From positions 1 to 64,000 of IMG/VR virus record IMGVR_UViG_3300033148_006102: 64,000 bases of DNA; one strand, given 5' to 3'. The translations under genes and the position numbers were made by a program. Shown in pieces: positions 46,259 through 56,579 of this stretch. The stretch comes from a virus. Under the pieces are notes generated by a model, which was not told where the DNA came from, searched no databases, and saw only the letters and a list, made by a program, of their open reading frames with translations. Numbering within the stretch: position 1 is the first letter of the stretch; each line of letters opens with the position of its first letter.

Positions 46259-46462
46259 ATGCGATATCCGCCACATTTGATTTGGCTGAAGGAAGCAAAC
46301 GACCTAGTCGCGCAGAAATTCGAGCTTGGGCCGGATGCCCTAAAAGATAAGCAGACGCCAAAGCGCATTCTCAAGCGCGATACTCATTACACTGGTGATA
46401 ACTTGCGCGGCGACAGTGCTGGACCGCCTCATATCCAGTCGACGCCCAGCGCAAGTTTGTGA
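46259..46462 (+). CDS. Small K-x-A motif protein
   Basis: MRYPPHLIWLKEAND. Confidence 0.5.
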   Translation: MRYPPHLIWLKEANDLVAQKFELGPDALKDKQTPKRILKRDTHYTGDNLRGDSAGPPHIQSTPSASL

Positions 46463-46507
46463 CTATGCTGATAGAGGACAAATGACCTGTTTTGACCAGG
46501 AGTAGCA

Positions 46508-47233
46508 ATGTACGCCAACCCATACTTCATTCAGGGTTTTGTTGATCGTCTTACGCAATTTGCTGAGCATGAGAAAACAGCGCGTGGCCCAGTAGGTGAG
46601 GGCGGCAAGTTCATGCAGATGCTTGGCGATATCATGAAGTTTGGGCCAGGGGGCGCAGTAAATGCATTAACCGCACCACTCTCAATTCCAATGAATTTGT
46701 TGACATCGGCTGCTGGATCAAGGAGCGACCTGTCCAAATATCTCGGCGATGAGAGCAAAGGGCGTGGACTCATGCATCTTCTGCTCGGCCGCGGGTCTGG
46801 ACGTGCAACAGAGCGTGCAGCACAAGAGCTTCGTGATGTCACATCGCCCGAGGAACTGGGGGCGTTACAACAGGCAGTCGGTAAGTCATCAGCGCCAGGA
46901 CGCGTAGGCGGCGCAACAGATAAGATTCTACACGCGTTACAAACGCTTCAAGCAGCAGGCTCAGGCAACGTGGTCGGATTGGCCATGAATCCATTGCGTG
47001 CATTGATATCGGCTAACAAGCCGCGCGAGCGTTTGATGGAAGGTTTGGGTGGTGATAGGCCTGGATTCTTCCGCAGGTGGTTTGATCCGGCTGGCGGACG
47101 TGCCAAAGGTCTTGGTGCGATGATTGCAGAACAGTCACCGGAATTTGCAGAAATGTTGCGTAGTCGTATGGAAGCGCAGAAGCAAACAGATGCAGGCAGC
47201 GCATTGAGAGGCATGGTGCCGGCACCGGCGTAA
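46508..47233 (+). CDS. Gly/Ala-rich protein with GF-x-x-RL and K-x-A leader
   Basis: AGGAG RBS; MYANPYFIQGFVDRLTQFAEHEKTA. Confidence 0.65.
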   Translation: MYANPYFIQGFVDRLTQFAEHEKTARGPVGEGGKFMQMLGDIMKFGPGGAVNALTAPLSIPMNLLTSAAGSRSDLSKYLGDESKGRGLMHLLLGRGSGRATERAAQELRDVTSPEELGALQQAVGKSSAPGRVGGATDKILHALQTLQAAGSGNVVGLAMNPLRALISANKPRERLMEGLGGDRPGFFRRWFDPAGGRAKGLGAMIAEQSPEFAEMLRSRMEAQKQTDAGSALRGMVPAPA

Positions 47234-47245
47234 TCGAGGAGTAGC

Positions 47246-47785
47246 ATGTACTATAACATCTATTTTGCGAAGGGCTTCATGGACAAGCTTGCGGCGCTTG
47301 CGCCGGACGAGAAGATTGCGTCTGCGGCAATGGCCCAGCTCGAGGAATTCGAAAAGCTCGCAAAGATGACGCCGTTTGGTCGTACAGCATTGACCGCGGG
47401 CCTTGGTGCGTTGGGCGGCATTGGTGGTCTGGGCGGCATCTGGGGCTCAATGGGACCATCTGCTGAAGAATCACAGATCCAACGGCTGCAGAACCAACTT
47501 GGCAATGTGCAGCAGAAGTACCAAGGACTTGAGCAAACTTCTGGTGCGCAGCAGCAGGCTCTTGCGCCATTACTGCAGAACATGTCACACGAAGATTACA
47601 TGAAGTTCATGGCGTCACAGGGTCATAAAGATCCATTTGCCGCGGAGGCAGGCGATGTTCCGGATTGGTTGGAACCTGAACTGACTCGACGTAAACAACA
47701 ATTCATGCAGGCAGGCTTGCATCAGGCGCTGCAACCAACGCCGGCGCCGGTGCCGACAGCGGCACCACCAGTAGCCGGAAAGTAG
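47246..47785 (+). CDS. Protein with GF-x-x-KL and K-x-A leader, hydrophobic Gly segment
   Basis: GAGGAG RBS; MYYNIYFAKGFMDKLA...EKIA...EKLA. Confidence 0.65.
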   Translation: MYYNIYFAKGFMDKLAALAPDEKIASAAMAQLEEFEKLAKMTPFGRTALTAGLGALGGIGGLGGIWGSMGPSAEESQIQRLQNQLGNVQQKYQGLEQTSGAQQQALAPLLQNMSHEDYMKFMASQGHKDPFAAEAGDVPDWLEPELTRRKQQFMQAGLHQALQPTPAPVPTAAPPVAGK

Positions 47786-47789
47786 GCTT

Positions 47790-47812
47790 CTGGGACTATG
47801 CCAAAATCCCAG
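47790..47812 (+). repeat. 23-bp dyad site, copy 7 (best match)
   Basis: CTGGGACT-ATGCCAA-AATCCCAG. Confidence 0.85.
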
Positions 47813-47871
47813 TTATCGGGGGTTTCTACCAGTTGAGGTCTTCGATAGCCCCTGGACAAAGGGGGAGTGTA

Positions 47872-48156
47872 ATGTTTGGAGCAATCTATAACTGGTTATT
47901 CGGCGCAAATGTCGGCGCAAAATTCGTTTACAACCGAGAGCGGAACTTTGGCGCGGCCAATGGCTATTACATGATTGGGCCGGTCAATCGTTTGGAAATC
48001 ACAGTGGACGGCAAAAAGGTCACCGTTAAAAAGGTAGGCAAGGAGGTTTTGCTGTTCACGGGAGCTGAGCTCAAGAAAGCACGCGATCGGGCGCGCAAGA
48101 ATCTTGAAGACATCCCAGTGGGGTGGAAGAATTACGTATCTAAAGGAAATTCATAA
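47872..48156 (+). CDS. Hypothetical protein
   Basis: GGGAG RBS. Confidence 0.55.
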   Translation: MFGAIYNWLFGANVGAKFVYNRERNFGAANGYYMIGPVNRLEITVDGKKVTVKKVGKEVLLFTGAELKKARDRARKNLEDIPVGWKNYVSKGNS

Positions 48157-48434
48157 TGCCGTCTAATCTTGTAGGACCGGGAAAGCGGTACAGTGAAAAG
48201 GCATGGGGTCAAGCCAAGGATCTCGCCGAGAAGTCATATGACGAACCAGGTCCCGGTGCGTCAGATGCGGAGAAGGCGAAATTCTACGGTACGGTTAACA
48301 AGATCACCAAGAACATTCAGCACGCGCATGGCCGCAAGGGACGCTCCGCCAAGAAGCACAAGAAAGACATCAATAAAGAGGCTTTCTGGCGTGGTTTCAT
48401 GGATCGGCTTGCGCGGTTAGATGACGAAGGATAG
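48156..48434 (+). CDS. Small basic protein with C-terminal KEA-FWRGFMDRLA motif
   Basis: TAATG overlap. Confidence 0.6.
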   Translation: MPSNLVGPGKRYSEKAWGQAKDLAEKSYDEPGPGASDAEKAKFYGTVNKITKNIQHAHGRKGRSAKKHKKDINKEAFWRGFMDRLARLDDEG

Positions 48435-48439
48435 GGCTT

Positions 48440-49522
48440 ATGGCTCGCGAGCGCATCTATGGTCTTGAAGGCTTCCGGGACCGGGCAGTCACTGGCATCA
48501 AGTTGTTCAATATGATCGTTGAGCAGCTCGAGCCGGATGTACGTATTCAGCTATTTGAGGCGTTGATTGAGGAACATCTGGCTGTAGGGCAATCTACGGA
48601 CGCCGTAGTTCAGATCCAACAAGATCCTCGTCAAGTTGAGAATGCGCTTGAATTCACAGAGGCATTTCTGGTCGCGCGCCAGGCATCATTACCGAGTGGC
48701 TTGGCAGTCAAGCAGCCCGCGCGGGTCGGCACCACCGCGGATATTGGTGCTACGTACGCGCCAACAGGTGGTTTGACACAGCGCGGATATTTCACCAGTG
48801 CGCCAACAACGGTGGACGGGATTCTGCTGGAAGATAACGACCGTATTTTGGTCAAGGACCAGATAAATGCGGACGAGAACGGAATTTACTACGCAGTTGA
48901 CGCAGCCGCCGGTGAATGGGACCGCGCAACGGACTTTGATCAAGATGAAGATGCGCGACCTAACTCATACCTGTGGTGCGAAGAAGGTGCCACGTGGGAA
49001 GACACCAGCTGGGTGCTGACGACGGATCGGCCGATTGTGGTCGGCGGTCTCAGCGGTACAGATCAAACATGGATACAGTTTGGTGGTGCAGGTGCGCTTG
49101 TTGCCGGCGATGGCATCAGTATCTTTGGCACAGTCATCTCTGTGCAACTAGACGGAGATTCAGCACAGGTATCGCCGGCAGGACTGAAGACGGCCGTACC
49201 CGTGTTGACGGATAAAGCACGGGCGTGTTTAACGACCACAACGGACGGCCAGCCAGCCTTTTCAGGAGGCATAACATCGACACCAGCTGGAAACAGTTAT
49301 CCCGCGGTGTTTGTAAACGGAATACAGTACAGGGTGGCATTAGACGACAGCGAACGTACTACCGCGCCTTGTTACTTCAGCGGAGATGGTGGCGCAACTG
49401 CGCGAGCCATTGCAGATATTGTTGCAGGAGATCGCCTGTACTGGAACGGTAGCCAAGTTATGCCGCCATTTCAGTTGGCGCCTACGGATACCATTATCCT
49501 AGCGTACGTAGATCACGTCTAG
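48440..49522 (+). CDS. Virion fibre protein 1
   Basis: DGILLEDNDRILVKDQ...ENGIY...RATD fibre module; C-terminal CYFSGDGGATARAI domain. Confidence 0.75.
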   Translation: MARERIYGLEGFRDRAVTGIKLFNMIVEQLEPDVRIQLFEALIEEHLAVGQSTDAVVQIQQDPRQVENALEFTEAFLVARQASLPSGLAVKQPARVGTTADIGATYAPTGGLTQRGYFTSAPTTVDGILLEDNDRILVKDQINADENGIYYAVDAAAGEWDRATDFDQDEDARPNSYLWCEEGATWEDTSWVLTTDRPIVVGGLSGTDQTWIQFGGAGALVAGDGISIFGTVISVQLDGDSAQVSPAGLKTAVPVLTDKARACLTTTTDGQPAFSGGITSTPAGNSYPAVFVNGIQYRVALDDSERTTAPCYFSGDGGATARAIADIVAGDRLYWNGSQVMPPFQLAPTDTIILAYVDHV

Positions 49523-49537
49523 GTAAGGAGTTATGAC

Positions 49538-50887
49538 ATGGGTGACGGCAAACAACTGTTTATTGATAGTGTTGAGAATGACAAACTGGCACCGAATGCG
49601 GTAGCTGGCAGTGCGTCAGGCGCGTCAGGAGACAATGTCATTGAGGCGGCATCGATAGATACTGCCGATTTGGCTTTAGATGCTGTGGATAACACGATCC
49701 TCGACCTCGCCGGAACCTATGATTTTGGTGGCGGTGGTGGTGATGTTCAAGTTGCTGATACGCCAGCTGGCCCAAGTAGTGCTACGAACAAGAACTACGT
49801 TGACGGCGTCGCGCAAGGCCTCAAGATCAAAGAATCCGTTGTGGCAGCGACAACTGGTCCGCTCACCTTAGCCACGGACTTTGAAAACGGCGATACGCTC
49901 GACACATCTGTAACGTTAACGACAGGCGATCGCATCCTGATTAAGGATCAGGCGTCCGGCGTTGAGAACGGTATCTATGTCGTACAGGCTTCTGGTGCAC
50001 CGGTGCGTGCGGCAGATCTACCCGCAGCAGATAACGCACGAAGCATCTTCGTCTTTATTGAAGAGGGCACGGTCAACGCTGATACTGGTTGGGTATGTAC
50101 CAACGATGCAGGCAGCGATGTCGTCGGCACAGACGCACTAGCTTTCACGCAGTTTACTGGTGCAGGTACATACACAGGTGGTAACGGTATCGACGTCTCC
50201 GGCACAACGATCAGTGCGGATCTCGCAGCGCCAGGCGCCGGAACAGGTGGTTTGGAATTTGTCGGCATTGAGATGGCAGTAGATGCTGGTAACGGTATCG
50301 AATTGACTGCTGGGGGTGTCGCAGTTGAGCCATATAGCGGCGCAGACACGAGCGTTGCTCCGTTGACAGTGGATGGCGACGGCGCCGGTGTCGATACAGA
50401 CGATGTTACGATTGAGCATGCGGCAGGCGTCCTTAATGTGAAGGCAGATGGTATTGGCGCCACGGAATTGGATGAAACCGATACATATGACTTCACAGGT
50501 GGCAGTGTTGACGTAGCTACACAAGCAGCCGGAAACAATTCTACGAAGGCTGCGTCGACGGCATACGTCCAAGGCGAGGTTGCCCAAGCAACAGCTGGTG
50601 ACAAAGAGCTCACACCAGCGGTCACAGCAGGCAATTACTCCACAACTGGCATCACCATTTCAGCTACGCCTAAAGGCTATGTTGGCGTGGCAATAAATGG
50701 TGAGTGGTATACCGTTGGTAATGGCGTTCGCACGAAAGACTGCTATTTCAGTAACGATGGTGGAGCAACGGCAAGAGCTATTTCCGCGATTGTGTCTGGC
50801 GATACGTTGTATTGGAATGGCCCACAGGTGACGCCGCCGTTTGAACTCGCAGCGACTGACCGCGTCGACTTGCACTACGAAGTCTAG
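49538..50887 (+). CDS. Virion fibre protein 2 (paralogue of fibre 1)
   Basis: ATNKNYVDGVAQGLKIKESV, DRILIKDQ...ENGIY, C-terminal CYFSNDGGATARAI. Confidence 0.75.
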   Translation: MGDGKQLFIDSVENDKLAPNAVAGSASGASGDNVIEAASIDTADLALDAVDNTILDLAGTYDFGGGGGDVQVADTPAGPSSATNKNYVDGVAQGLKIKESVVAATTGPLTLATDFENGDTLDTSVTLTTGDRILIKDQASGVENGIYVVQASGAPVRAADLPAADNARSIFVFIEEGTVNADTGWVCTNDAGSDVVGTDALAFTQFTGAGTYTGGNGIDVSGTTISADLAAPGAGTGGLEFVGIEMAVDAGNGIELTAGGVAVEPYSGADTSVAPLTVDGDGAGVDTDDVTIEHAAGVLNVKADGIGATELDETDTYDFTGGSVDVATQAAGNNSTKAASTAYVQGEVAQATAGDKELTPAVTAGNYSTTGITISATPKGYVGVAINGEWYTVGNGVRTKDCYFSNDGGATARAISAIVSGDTLYWNGPQVTPPFELAATDRVDLHYEV

Positions 50888-50907
50888 ATAATTGAGAGTT
50901 AGGCCTT

Positions 50908-53900
50908 ATGGGACACGTCAAACAGACGGCCGTCAACAAGGTTGGCACGCCTACATACGAATCGTTGGAAGCGTTCTTGAATTTCTTCGCATCTTCAAGC
51001 GCGTATACCGGTGGCGTGTGCACGGATGGCGGTAGCGGTACATTGAATGTGACGGGCGGCTCGGCCATATTCAAAACCACGGACGACATAAATGCCGTAG
51101 TAGAATGGGCGGACTTTCTCGGCGAAATCGGAATGGCGTTGGTCGATAATTCGGTCAACTATATCTACGCAGATTATAACGCTGGTTCACCAGCGGTTGC
51201 TTCTACGACAAGCCCAACTATTTTTGCCGATAGTACCGTTGCGCTATTTGCCGCCGTATTCCGTAAAGGCACCGACCTGCACATCATGAATACGCCAGGT
51301 CAGTACGCAGATTTCATTCGTCAGAACAACATTAAGTTCTGGGAAATGTTCGGACCTCACCGTGTTAGCGGTATCTTGATCAGTGAAACTGGTACGCGAA
51401 ACATTGCTCTTTCAGCTGGCGCATACTACGTGGCAAATGTGCGGTTGGATTTCTCTTCGTACGATACTAGCGGTGCAGATGATTTCTCATATTGGTACAA
51501 CGATGGTTCGTGGCAAGAAGTCACGGCGCAATCGCAGATCGATAATACACAGTACAACGATTACGGTGTAGGTCTGGATTCATTGACTCCCAATCGTTAC
51601 GGCGTGCACTGGGTATTTTCTGATTGGGACGGCGACCATATTCAAGTTGTATATGGTATAGGCGATTATACGCTGGCGAAAGCCGAGGCTGCTACGATCC
51701 CAGCCAATTTGCCGCCGATTGTCGCACAGTATGGCTTTGTGGTCGGCAAGATCATTATTCAAGAAGGTGCGTCTACTTTTATCGCAGCTGAGAGTCCTTT
51801 CGCTGTACAGTTTTCAGCTTCTGGTGCTACCAGCCACCTGGACTTAATAGACCTACAGGGCGGTACCACTGATCAGTATTATCATTTGACTGCAACAGAC
51901 TATGCGAACCGGCCGACCTGGGTAAAAGCAACCACAAGGCTGGTCCATGTATCGCAAGGCGGCAATGATGGCACGGCCACCGGTATGCCATGGCTACCAT
52001 ATTTGACTTTGAGCGCAGCTATCTCAGCATTTGGTGATGATACTGTCTATGTTTTACACGGAACCATTACAGAAACAGCTGTCGTTGATATTAGTGACAG
52101 GAAGAACATCGCGATTATTGGTGATGGGAACAAAGCGACAAATCTTCTCAACTCCACCACAACGCAGACATTGGAGTACACGCCCACTGCCGCCGGCGGC
52201 GAGGTCGCTCTCATTGGCTTTAAGATACGAAATACTAATGATGATGCTGCAAGCCAGGCGCTGAAGCTTGGGCCGATTGGAGCATCAGGCACGATCGATG
52301 GTCTATGGGTTCAGGATGTCCATTGTGCAGCGCGTGGTGGTTCAGCTGGTATAGCGCAAATCACCACGGATAACGCAGCGGGTGTATGGAGCGAGCATTT
52401 CATTGATGGCTTGACGATTGAGTGGCTGCAGGCGCCTACATCACCATCAACATCGTATGGTATTGATTTACAGACAAACTTGAATGCCGCTAATGTTATC
52501 AAGGTCAGTAATACTAGATTCTTGAACATTGGCTGGGGTGCTGGCGGAGTAAACGATGTCGCCGGTATGATCTTCCCGACAACAGGTGCTACGTCGGCAC
52601 AGTTCGAGATTGATGGTGTTCGCGCTCGCGGTATCGACATAGCGACGACCGCGGCTAAGTACATCCTTCATGGTGTAAACGTTAATTCACGCGTACGTGT
52701 CTGGGATGCGGATGTCGATGTATATTTGGGTGATGATTTGGCTGGCGCATTCTACGGCATGAATTTTGTTGAGGCATTTAATTGCCGCATGCGCGCGGAG
52801 CGTGATTACGGAGAGCATACAGCATTAGCAGCTAATATCGGCATGCGCTTGCTGGAGCAATCAGATGGTAACCATTCGTATATGGAACTGACTGCAAAGC
52901 CAGCCACTGCATTTGATTTTGATGAGATGACGGCCGCGCTAGTATTGGAAACTGGATTCACGAATCACAGTCGGAATACAGGTATTCTGCAGATTAGTGG
53001 TGGTGCCGGCGCAACTATTACCGTAAATGCCAACCAAGATGTCGCAGCAGTAATTGTTAGTACGTCAGGTGCTATTACAGCAGCTACTGCCGGACATGTC
53101 TCAGCCACGATAAAATTCACTCGCATTGCTGGCGTCGGGACAACAGATTTCCAAGATTTTGATGCCTGTCGTATGGTCGGTTTTGGCGGCTATAGTCGAA
53201 TAGGCTTCATCGATGCCGCACTTGAGTTGCTTACAAGCACCAGCACTACGCTTACAGATTGTGCTGCACTGGGGTTGGTGAAGGATTCATTGCTAGGCGC
53301 AGTATACGAGCTGTATGCAGGTTTACTCCAATATATAGATGCCGGTTCACCAGCTACGTTAACTGGATCTGCCATTATGCCGCGGTACAGGTCTGGTGCA
53401 TCAGGTACTCAGGATGTCTATACACAATCAAACGCTGTAACTGTCGCGCGATTTACGAAATCTGCAGATTCGAATATCAGCGTTAAAAACACCGAAGGCC
53501 AGCCGGTCATAGGTATTACGGAAGTTGTAGCTGGAACAGGCTGTGCTGGCGGCGGTAGTGATGGTTCTATCACCGTCAATGTTGGCGGCGGCGATGGCAT
53601 AAACGCTAATGCGAATGATGTTTCAGTGGATCCGTATAGTGGCGGTGATACTTCTGTGGCGCCAGCGTTTGTTGATGCAAACGGCGCAGGTGTGGATACA
53701 GATGATTCGACATTGACACATGCTGCGGGTGTACTCCAGGTTAAAGATGACGGTATAGGTCCTACACAACTAGCAGATACTGCGGTAGTAGCTGATTCAT
53801 ATACCAACGCTGATATTACAGTTGATGCTCAAGGACGGATTACAGCCGCCGCTGATGGTTCTGGCGGAGGAACACCGTGGGCTGAAGCCACGACGTTCCA

Positions 53901-55467
53901 TTGCCATGTTTCTGAGGGTGGAGATGATGGTACGGCTGACGGCAGTCCAGAGAAGCCATATCTGACATTGAGCGGCGCGCTTTCGGCAAATGGAAGCGAT
54001 ACAGCATATTATCTGCATGGAACGATAACGGAAACATCAACAGTTGCGCTGGCCGCATATACGAATATTGCAGTCATTGGTGAGGGTGAAGAAGTAACGC
54101 TGCTTACGAAGTCAACCACTGGTGTTACGCTTACATACATTCCGACAGCATCAACAAAGCGCAATGTGGTCATTAGGGATCTCACAATTGAGAATACTTA
54201 CGACGGCACAGGTAGTGAAGCTTATCACATCGGGCCTGGTTCCAGTGGTGATATGAACGGTTTCGTGATGCGTAATGTGCGCGGCCGCGCCCGTGGTAGT
54301 TTTCTTATCGAAATCGAGAACCAAGGTGGAACTGATTGGTCGGACTGCACACTTGAAAACTTGTCAATTGAGTGGGGCGCAGAGCCAACGTCGCCAGGTG
54401 CGACGACTGTCGGTTTCGAGATGAACGCGTTCGATGCTGGTGATGGCGAAGTTTTCATCAATGGTATGCGCTTCATAAACTTCGGTTATCCAGCAGCACA
54501 TTCGGTGAAGATCGTTGGCGTTCGTGGCCCGACGGCGGCAGGCGACATTCCTATTACCATTGCGCATGTGGAAGGCCGCGGTCTGATTTCATATTCAGAT
54601 GAAGACACGGCTGTGTTATCGGCGAGTAACTTCTCACCTTCGTCTGTATCCACGATGATAATTCGTGATGCGAACATTCAGATTGACATGGGTTCTGATA
54701 ACACATCGAATAATTACGGTGTGTACTGTCTTGAGATCTATGATAGTTTTGTAGAACTTGCTAGAACGTTTTCGGCTAATCCAAGCAGCGCGGATACAGT
54801 AGCTATTTATCGTCCAACGAAGCGTTCTGCGCATAATACTGGACAAACCATAATCACTGTGTCAGCAACATTAACAGCGTTTGATGATTCGCAGTCTGGG
54901 ATCGAATTGCAAGCTGGCGCAGATAACTACTGTCCCACTGAAAATACTGGTATTCTCAAGCTAATCGCGTCGGGAAGCAGCACGACGATTACTTGTTCGG
55001 AGTCGGCGGATGTGGCAGGAGTTGCTGTGTTGGGCGGATCGCGGCTCACGGTAGGAAAGATAACGGGTATTGTGGAGTTGGACCAGAGTGGCTCGTCCAA
55101 TACTTTTGTTAATTTTGATGGTGTGCGCTTTGACTATCCGGCTGCTGGAGGCAGTGAACAATTTGTTATAGCTGACGTAAATGCGATACTACATGAAGTG
55201 GACGCAGCTTTGACGCTTACAACATGCGCTGGCATAGGGGTTATACATACAGACTTAGGCACCATATATCATTACGTACACCGTGGTGTGGCAGCTTATC
55301 ATGCGCCTGGTCCAGGTTCGTATACGGGTTATGCAGTCCGAGAGCGTTCATCAGGATTAGGTACAACATACTTGCGGACTCCCGCAAACGGCGGTATTCA
55401 GCGTTCGAACTTTACATCGTCGTATACCGGACTTTCAGTAGATAGAACGAATCAGAGCTACGTTTAA
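50908..55467 (+). CDS. Long tail fibre/tailspike with two tandem beta-helix-like modules
   Basis: 1519 aa; duplicated HVS.GG.DG...PYLTLS.A....YYLHGTITET module starts. Confidence 0.75.
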   Translation: MGHVKQTAVNKVGTPTYESLEAFLNFFASSSAYTGGVCTDGGSGTLNVTGGSAIFKTTDDINAVVEWADFLGEIGMALVDNSVNYIYADYNAGSPAVASTTSPTIFADSTVALFAAVFRKGTDLHIMNTPGQYADFIRQNNIKFWEMFGPHRVSGILISETGTRNIALSAGAYYVANVRLDFSSYDTSGADDFSYWYNDGSWQEVTAQSQIDNTQYNDYGVGLDSLTPNRYGVHWVFSDWDGDHIQVVYGIGDYTLAKAEAATIPANLPPIVAQYGFVVGKIIIQEGASTFIAAESPFAVQFSASGATSHLDLIDLQGGTTDQYYHLTATDYANRPTWVKATTRLVHVSQGGNDGTATGMPWLPYLTLSAAISAFGDDTVYVLHGTITETAVVDISDRKNIAIIGDGNKATNLLNSTTTQTLEYTPTAAGGEVALIGFKIRNTNDDAASQALKLGPIGASGTIDGLWVQDVHCAARGGSAGIAQITTDNAAGVWSEHFIDGLTIEWLQAPTSPSTSYGIDLQTNLNAANVIKVSNTRFLNIGWGAGGVNDVAGMIFPTTGATSAQFEIDGVRARGIDIATTAAKYILHGVNVNSRVRVWDADVDVYLGDDLAGAFYGMNFVEAFNCRMRAERDYGEHTALAANIGMRLLEQSDGNHSYMELTAKPATAFDFDEMTAALVLETGFTNHSRNTGILQISGGAGATITVNANQDVAAVIVSTSGAITAATAGHVSATIKFTRIAGVGTTDFQDFDACRMVGFGGYSRIGFIDAALELLTSTSTTLTDCAALGLVKDSLLGAVYELYAGLLQYIDAGSPATLTGSAIMPRYRSGASGTQDVYTQSNAVTVARFTKSADSNISVKNTEGQPVIGITEVVAGTGCAGGGSDGSITVNVGGGDGINANANDVSVDPYSGGDTSVAPAFVDANGAGVDTDDSTLTHAAGVLQVKDDGIGPTQLADTAVVADSYTNADITVDAQGRITAAADGSGGGTPWAEATTFHCHVSEGGDDGTADGSPEKPYLTLSGALSANGSDTAYYLHGTITETSTVALAAYTNIAVIGEGEEVTLLTKSTTGVTLTYIPTASTKRNVVIRDLTIENTYDGTGSEAYHIGPGSSGDMNGFVMRNVRGRARGSFLIEIENQGGTDWSDCTLENLSIEWGAEPTSPGATTVGFEMNAFDAGDGEVFINGMRFINFGYPAAHSVKIVGVRGPTAAGDIPITIAHVEGRGLISYSDEDTAVLSASNFSPSSVSTMIIRDANIQIDMGSDNTSNNYGVYCLEIYDSFVELARTFSANPSSADTVAIYRPTKRSAHNTGQTIITVSATLTAFDDSQSGIELQAGADNYCPTENTGILKLIASGSSTTITCSESADVAGVAVLGGSRLTVGKITGIVELDQSGSSNTFVNFDGVRFDYPAAGGSEQFVIADVNAILHEVDAALTLTTCAGIGVIHTDLGTIYHYVHRGVAAYHAPGPGSYTGYAVRERSSGLGTTYLRTPANGGIQRSNFTSSYTGLSVDRTNQSYV

Positions 55468-55476
55468 GGAGTGGCT

Positions 55477-56040
55477 GTGTACGAGAACGTTATTATTAGT
55501 CGTAACGACGATCGTGTTCTTTTGTCGAACTCGGAAGAGATGGCTGTGCTTGACGCAGCTGATTGGGTTATTGACGCGGATATGGCAGCGGTTTCAGATG
55601 AGAATGGTAAGCCGAACGTGCCGCGTAAGTACTGGAAGCTTCCGAATGTCGGCGAGACTGTCGTTACTGAAATGCCGCAAGAAGAGAAAGATGTGGTGGA
55701 TGCCGACGAGGTTGCCGCGTACAAACTACAGAAGAAGCGGGAACTCGCCGACGAATGTCACGCATACATTATCAATAAATGCCCTGCGCATAATCAGATC
55801 ACGTTGTTTGGGATGCACTCGATCGCGCATCGAGAAAACAAGAACAATCGTGCGGATTACATTCAAGCGTTTTGGAATTGGTTGGATGAAGTAATCGCAC
55901 ACAACCACGTGAAGCAAGCCGAGGTCGATGCTGCGGCAGATACGGCGGCAGTTGATGCGGTGGCCCAGGACTTCAGTACGTTTGACACAGACTGGGGTAC
56001 GGGTTGGTTTATCGCGGAAGCACGTGCTATTCCTGATTGA
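55477..56040 (+). CDS. Tail fibre assembly chaperone-like protein
   Basis: Follows the fibre gene; PRKYWKL...EMPQEEKDVVD...KLQKKRELADE; AAGGAG RBS. Confidence 0.6.
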   Translation: MYENVIISRNDDRVLLSNSEEMAVLDAADWVIDADMAAVSDENGKPNVPRKYWKLPNVGETVVTEMPQEEKDVVDADEVAAYKLQKKRELADECHAYIINKCPAHNQITLFGMHSIAHRENKNNRADYIQAFWNWLDEVIAHNHVKQAEVDAAADTAAVDAVAQDFSTFDTDWGTGWFIAEARAIPD

Positions 56041-56041
56041 T

Positions 56042-56064
56042 TTGGGATTATACTAGATTACCAC
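56042..56064 (+). repeat. 23-bp dyad site, copy 8 (degenerate)
   Basis: TTGGGATT-ATACTAG-ATTACCAC, 1 nt after the TGA stop. Confidence 0.55.
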
Positions 56065-56126
56065 GTTTGGCTCGCTATACTAGCGGGCCGTACTAATCTC
56101 TGGTAGTGGATTAGAAGAGACACACG

Positions 56127-56579
56127 ATGAACGAACGTGAGCACTTACCGCCAGTGCGCAAGGGCTGTCGGTACGAAGGTAATCTTGGCAAGACCAAATT
56201 CTATCTGACGTTGAACTATTTCCCTGATGGGCGCCTCGGAGAGATGTTCGTAGACTTGGCTCGTGAAGGGGCTGAGCTCCGGACGATGTATCATCAGTTG
56301 TCAATGTTAGTTTCACGGCTGTTGCAGTATGGATTGCCAGCAGAGAATCTGGTCCGTTGGTGGAAGGGCGTACGTTCTGAAATCAGTGGATTCATGAATG
56401 GTTGTGGAATTGCGGAGCTCGATAACAAGTCATACAGCAGTCTGTTTGATATGTTTGCCGCAATCATAGAACATGAGGCAATCGGCGAAGATGCAAGAGA
56501 GGCTAACAGCGGAGGAGTTTCAGGTCAAATACGGACGTGTCCCGAAGAGGAAACTGAAGAGGCGGCTGAAGCAGCATGA
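56127..56579 (+). CDS. Stand-alone TSCPD-like domain (class II RNR C-terminal type)
   Basis: FYLTLN...DGRLGEMFV...LVSRLLQYG...SSLFD. Confidence 0.7.
   Translation: MNEREHLPPVRKGCRYEGNLGKTKFYLTLNYFPDGRLGEMFVDLAREGAELRTMYHQLSMLVSRLLQYGLPAENLVRWWKGVRSEISGFMNGCGIAELDNKSYSSLFDMFAAIIEHEAIGEDAREANSGGVSGQIRTCPEEETEEAAEAA

Noticed and set aside
56069-56089. Hairpin GGCTCGCTA-TAC-TAGCGGGCC as a terminator
   Set aside because: No U-tract on either strand; left unassigned
6847-56110. GGTAGT(GGGA) recurring near gene starts (6848, 18449, 21606, 43344, 56102)
   Set aside because: Short, overlaps RBS-like sequence, common in coding regions, and has no consistent upstream element
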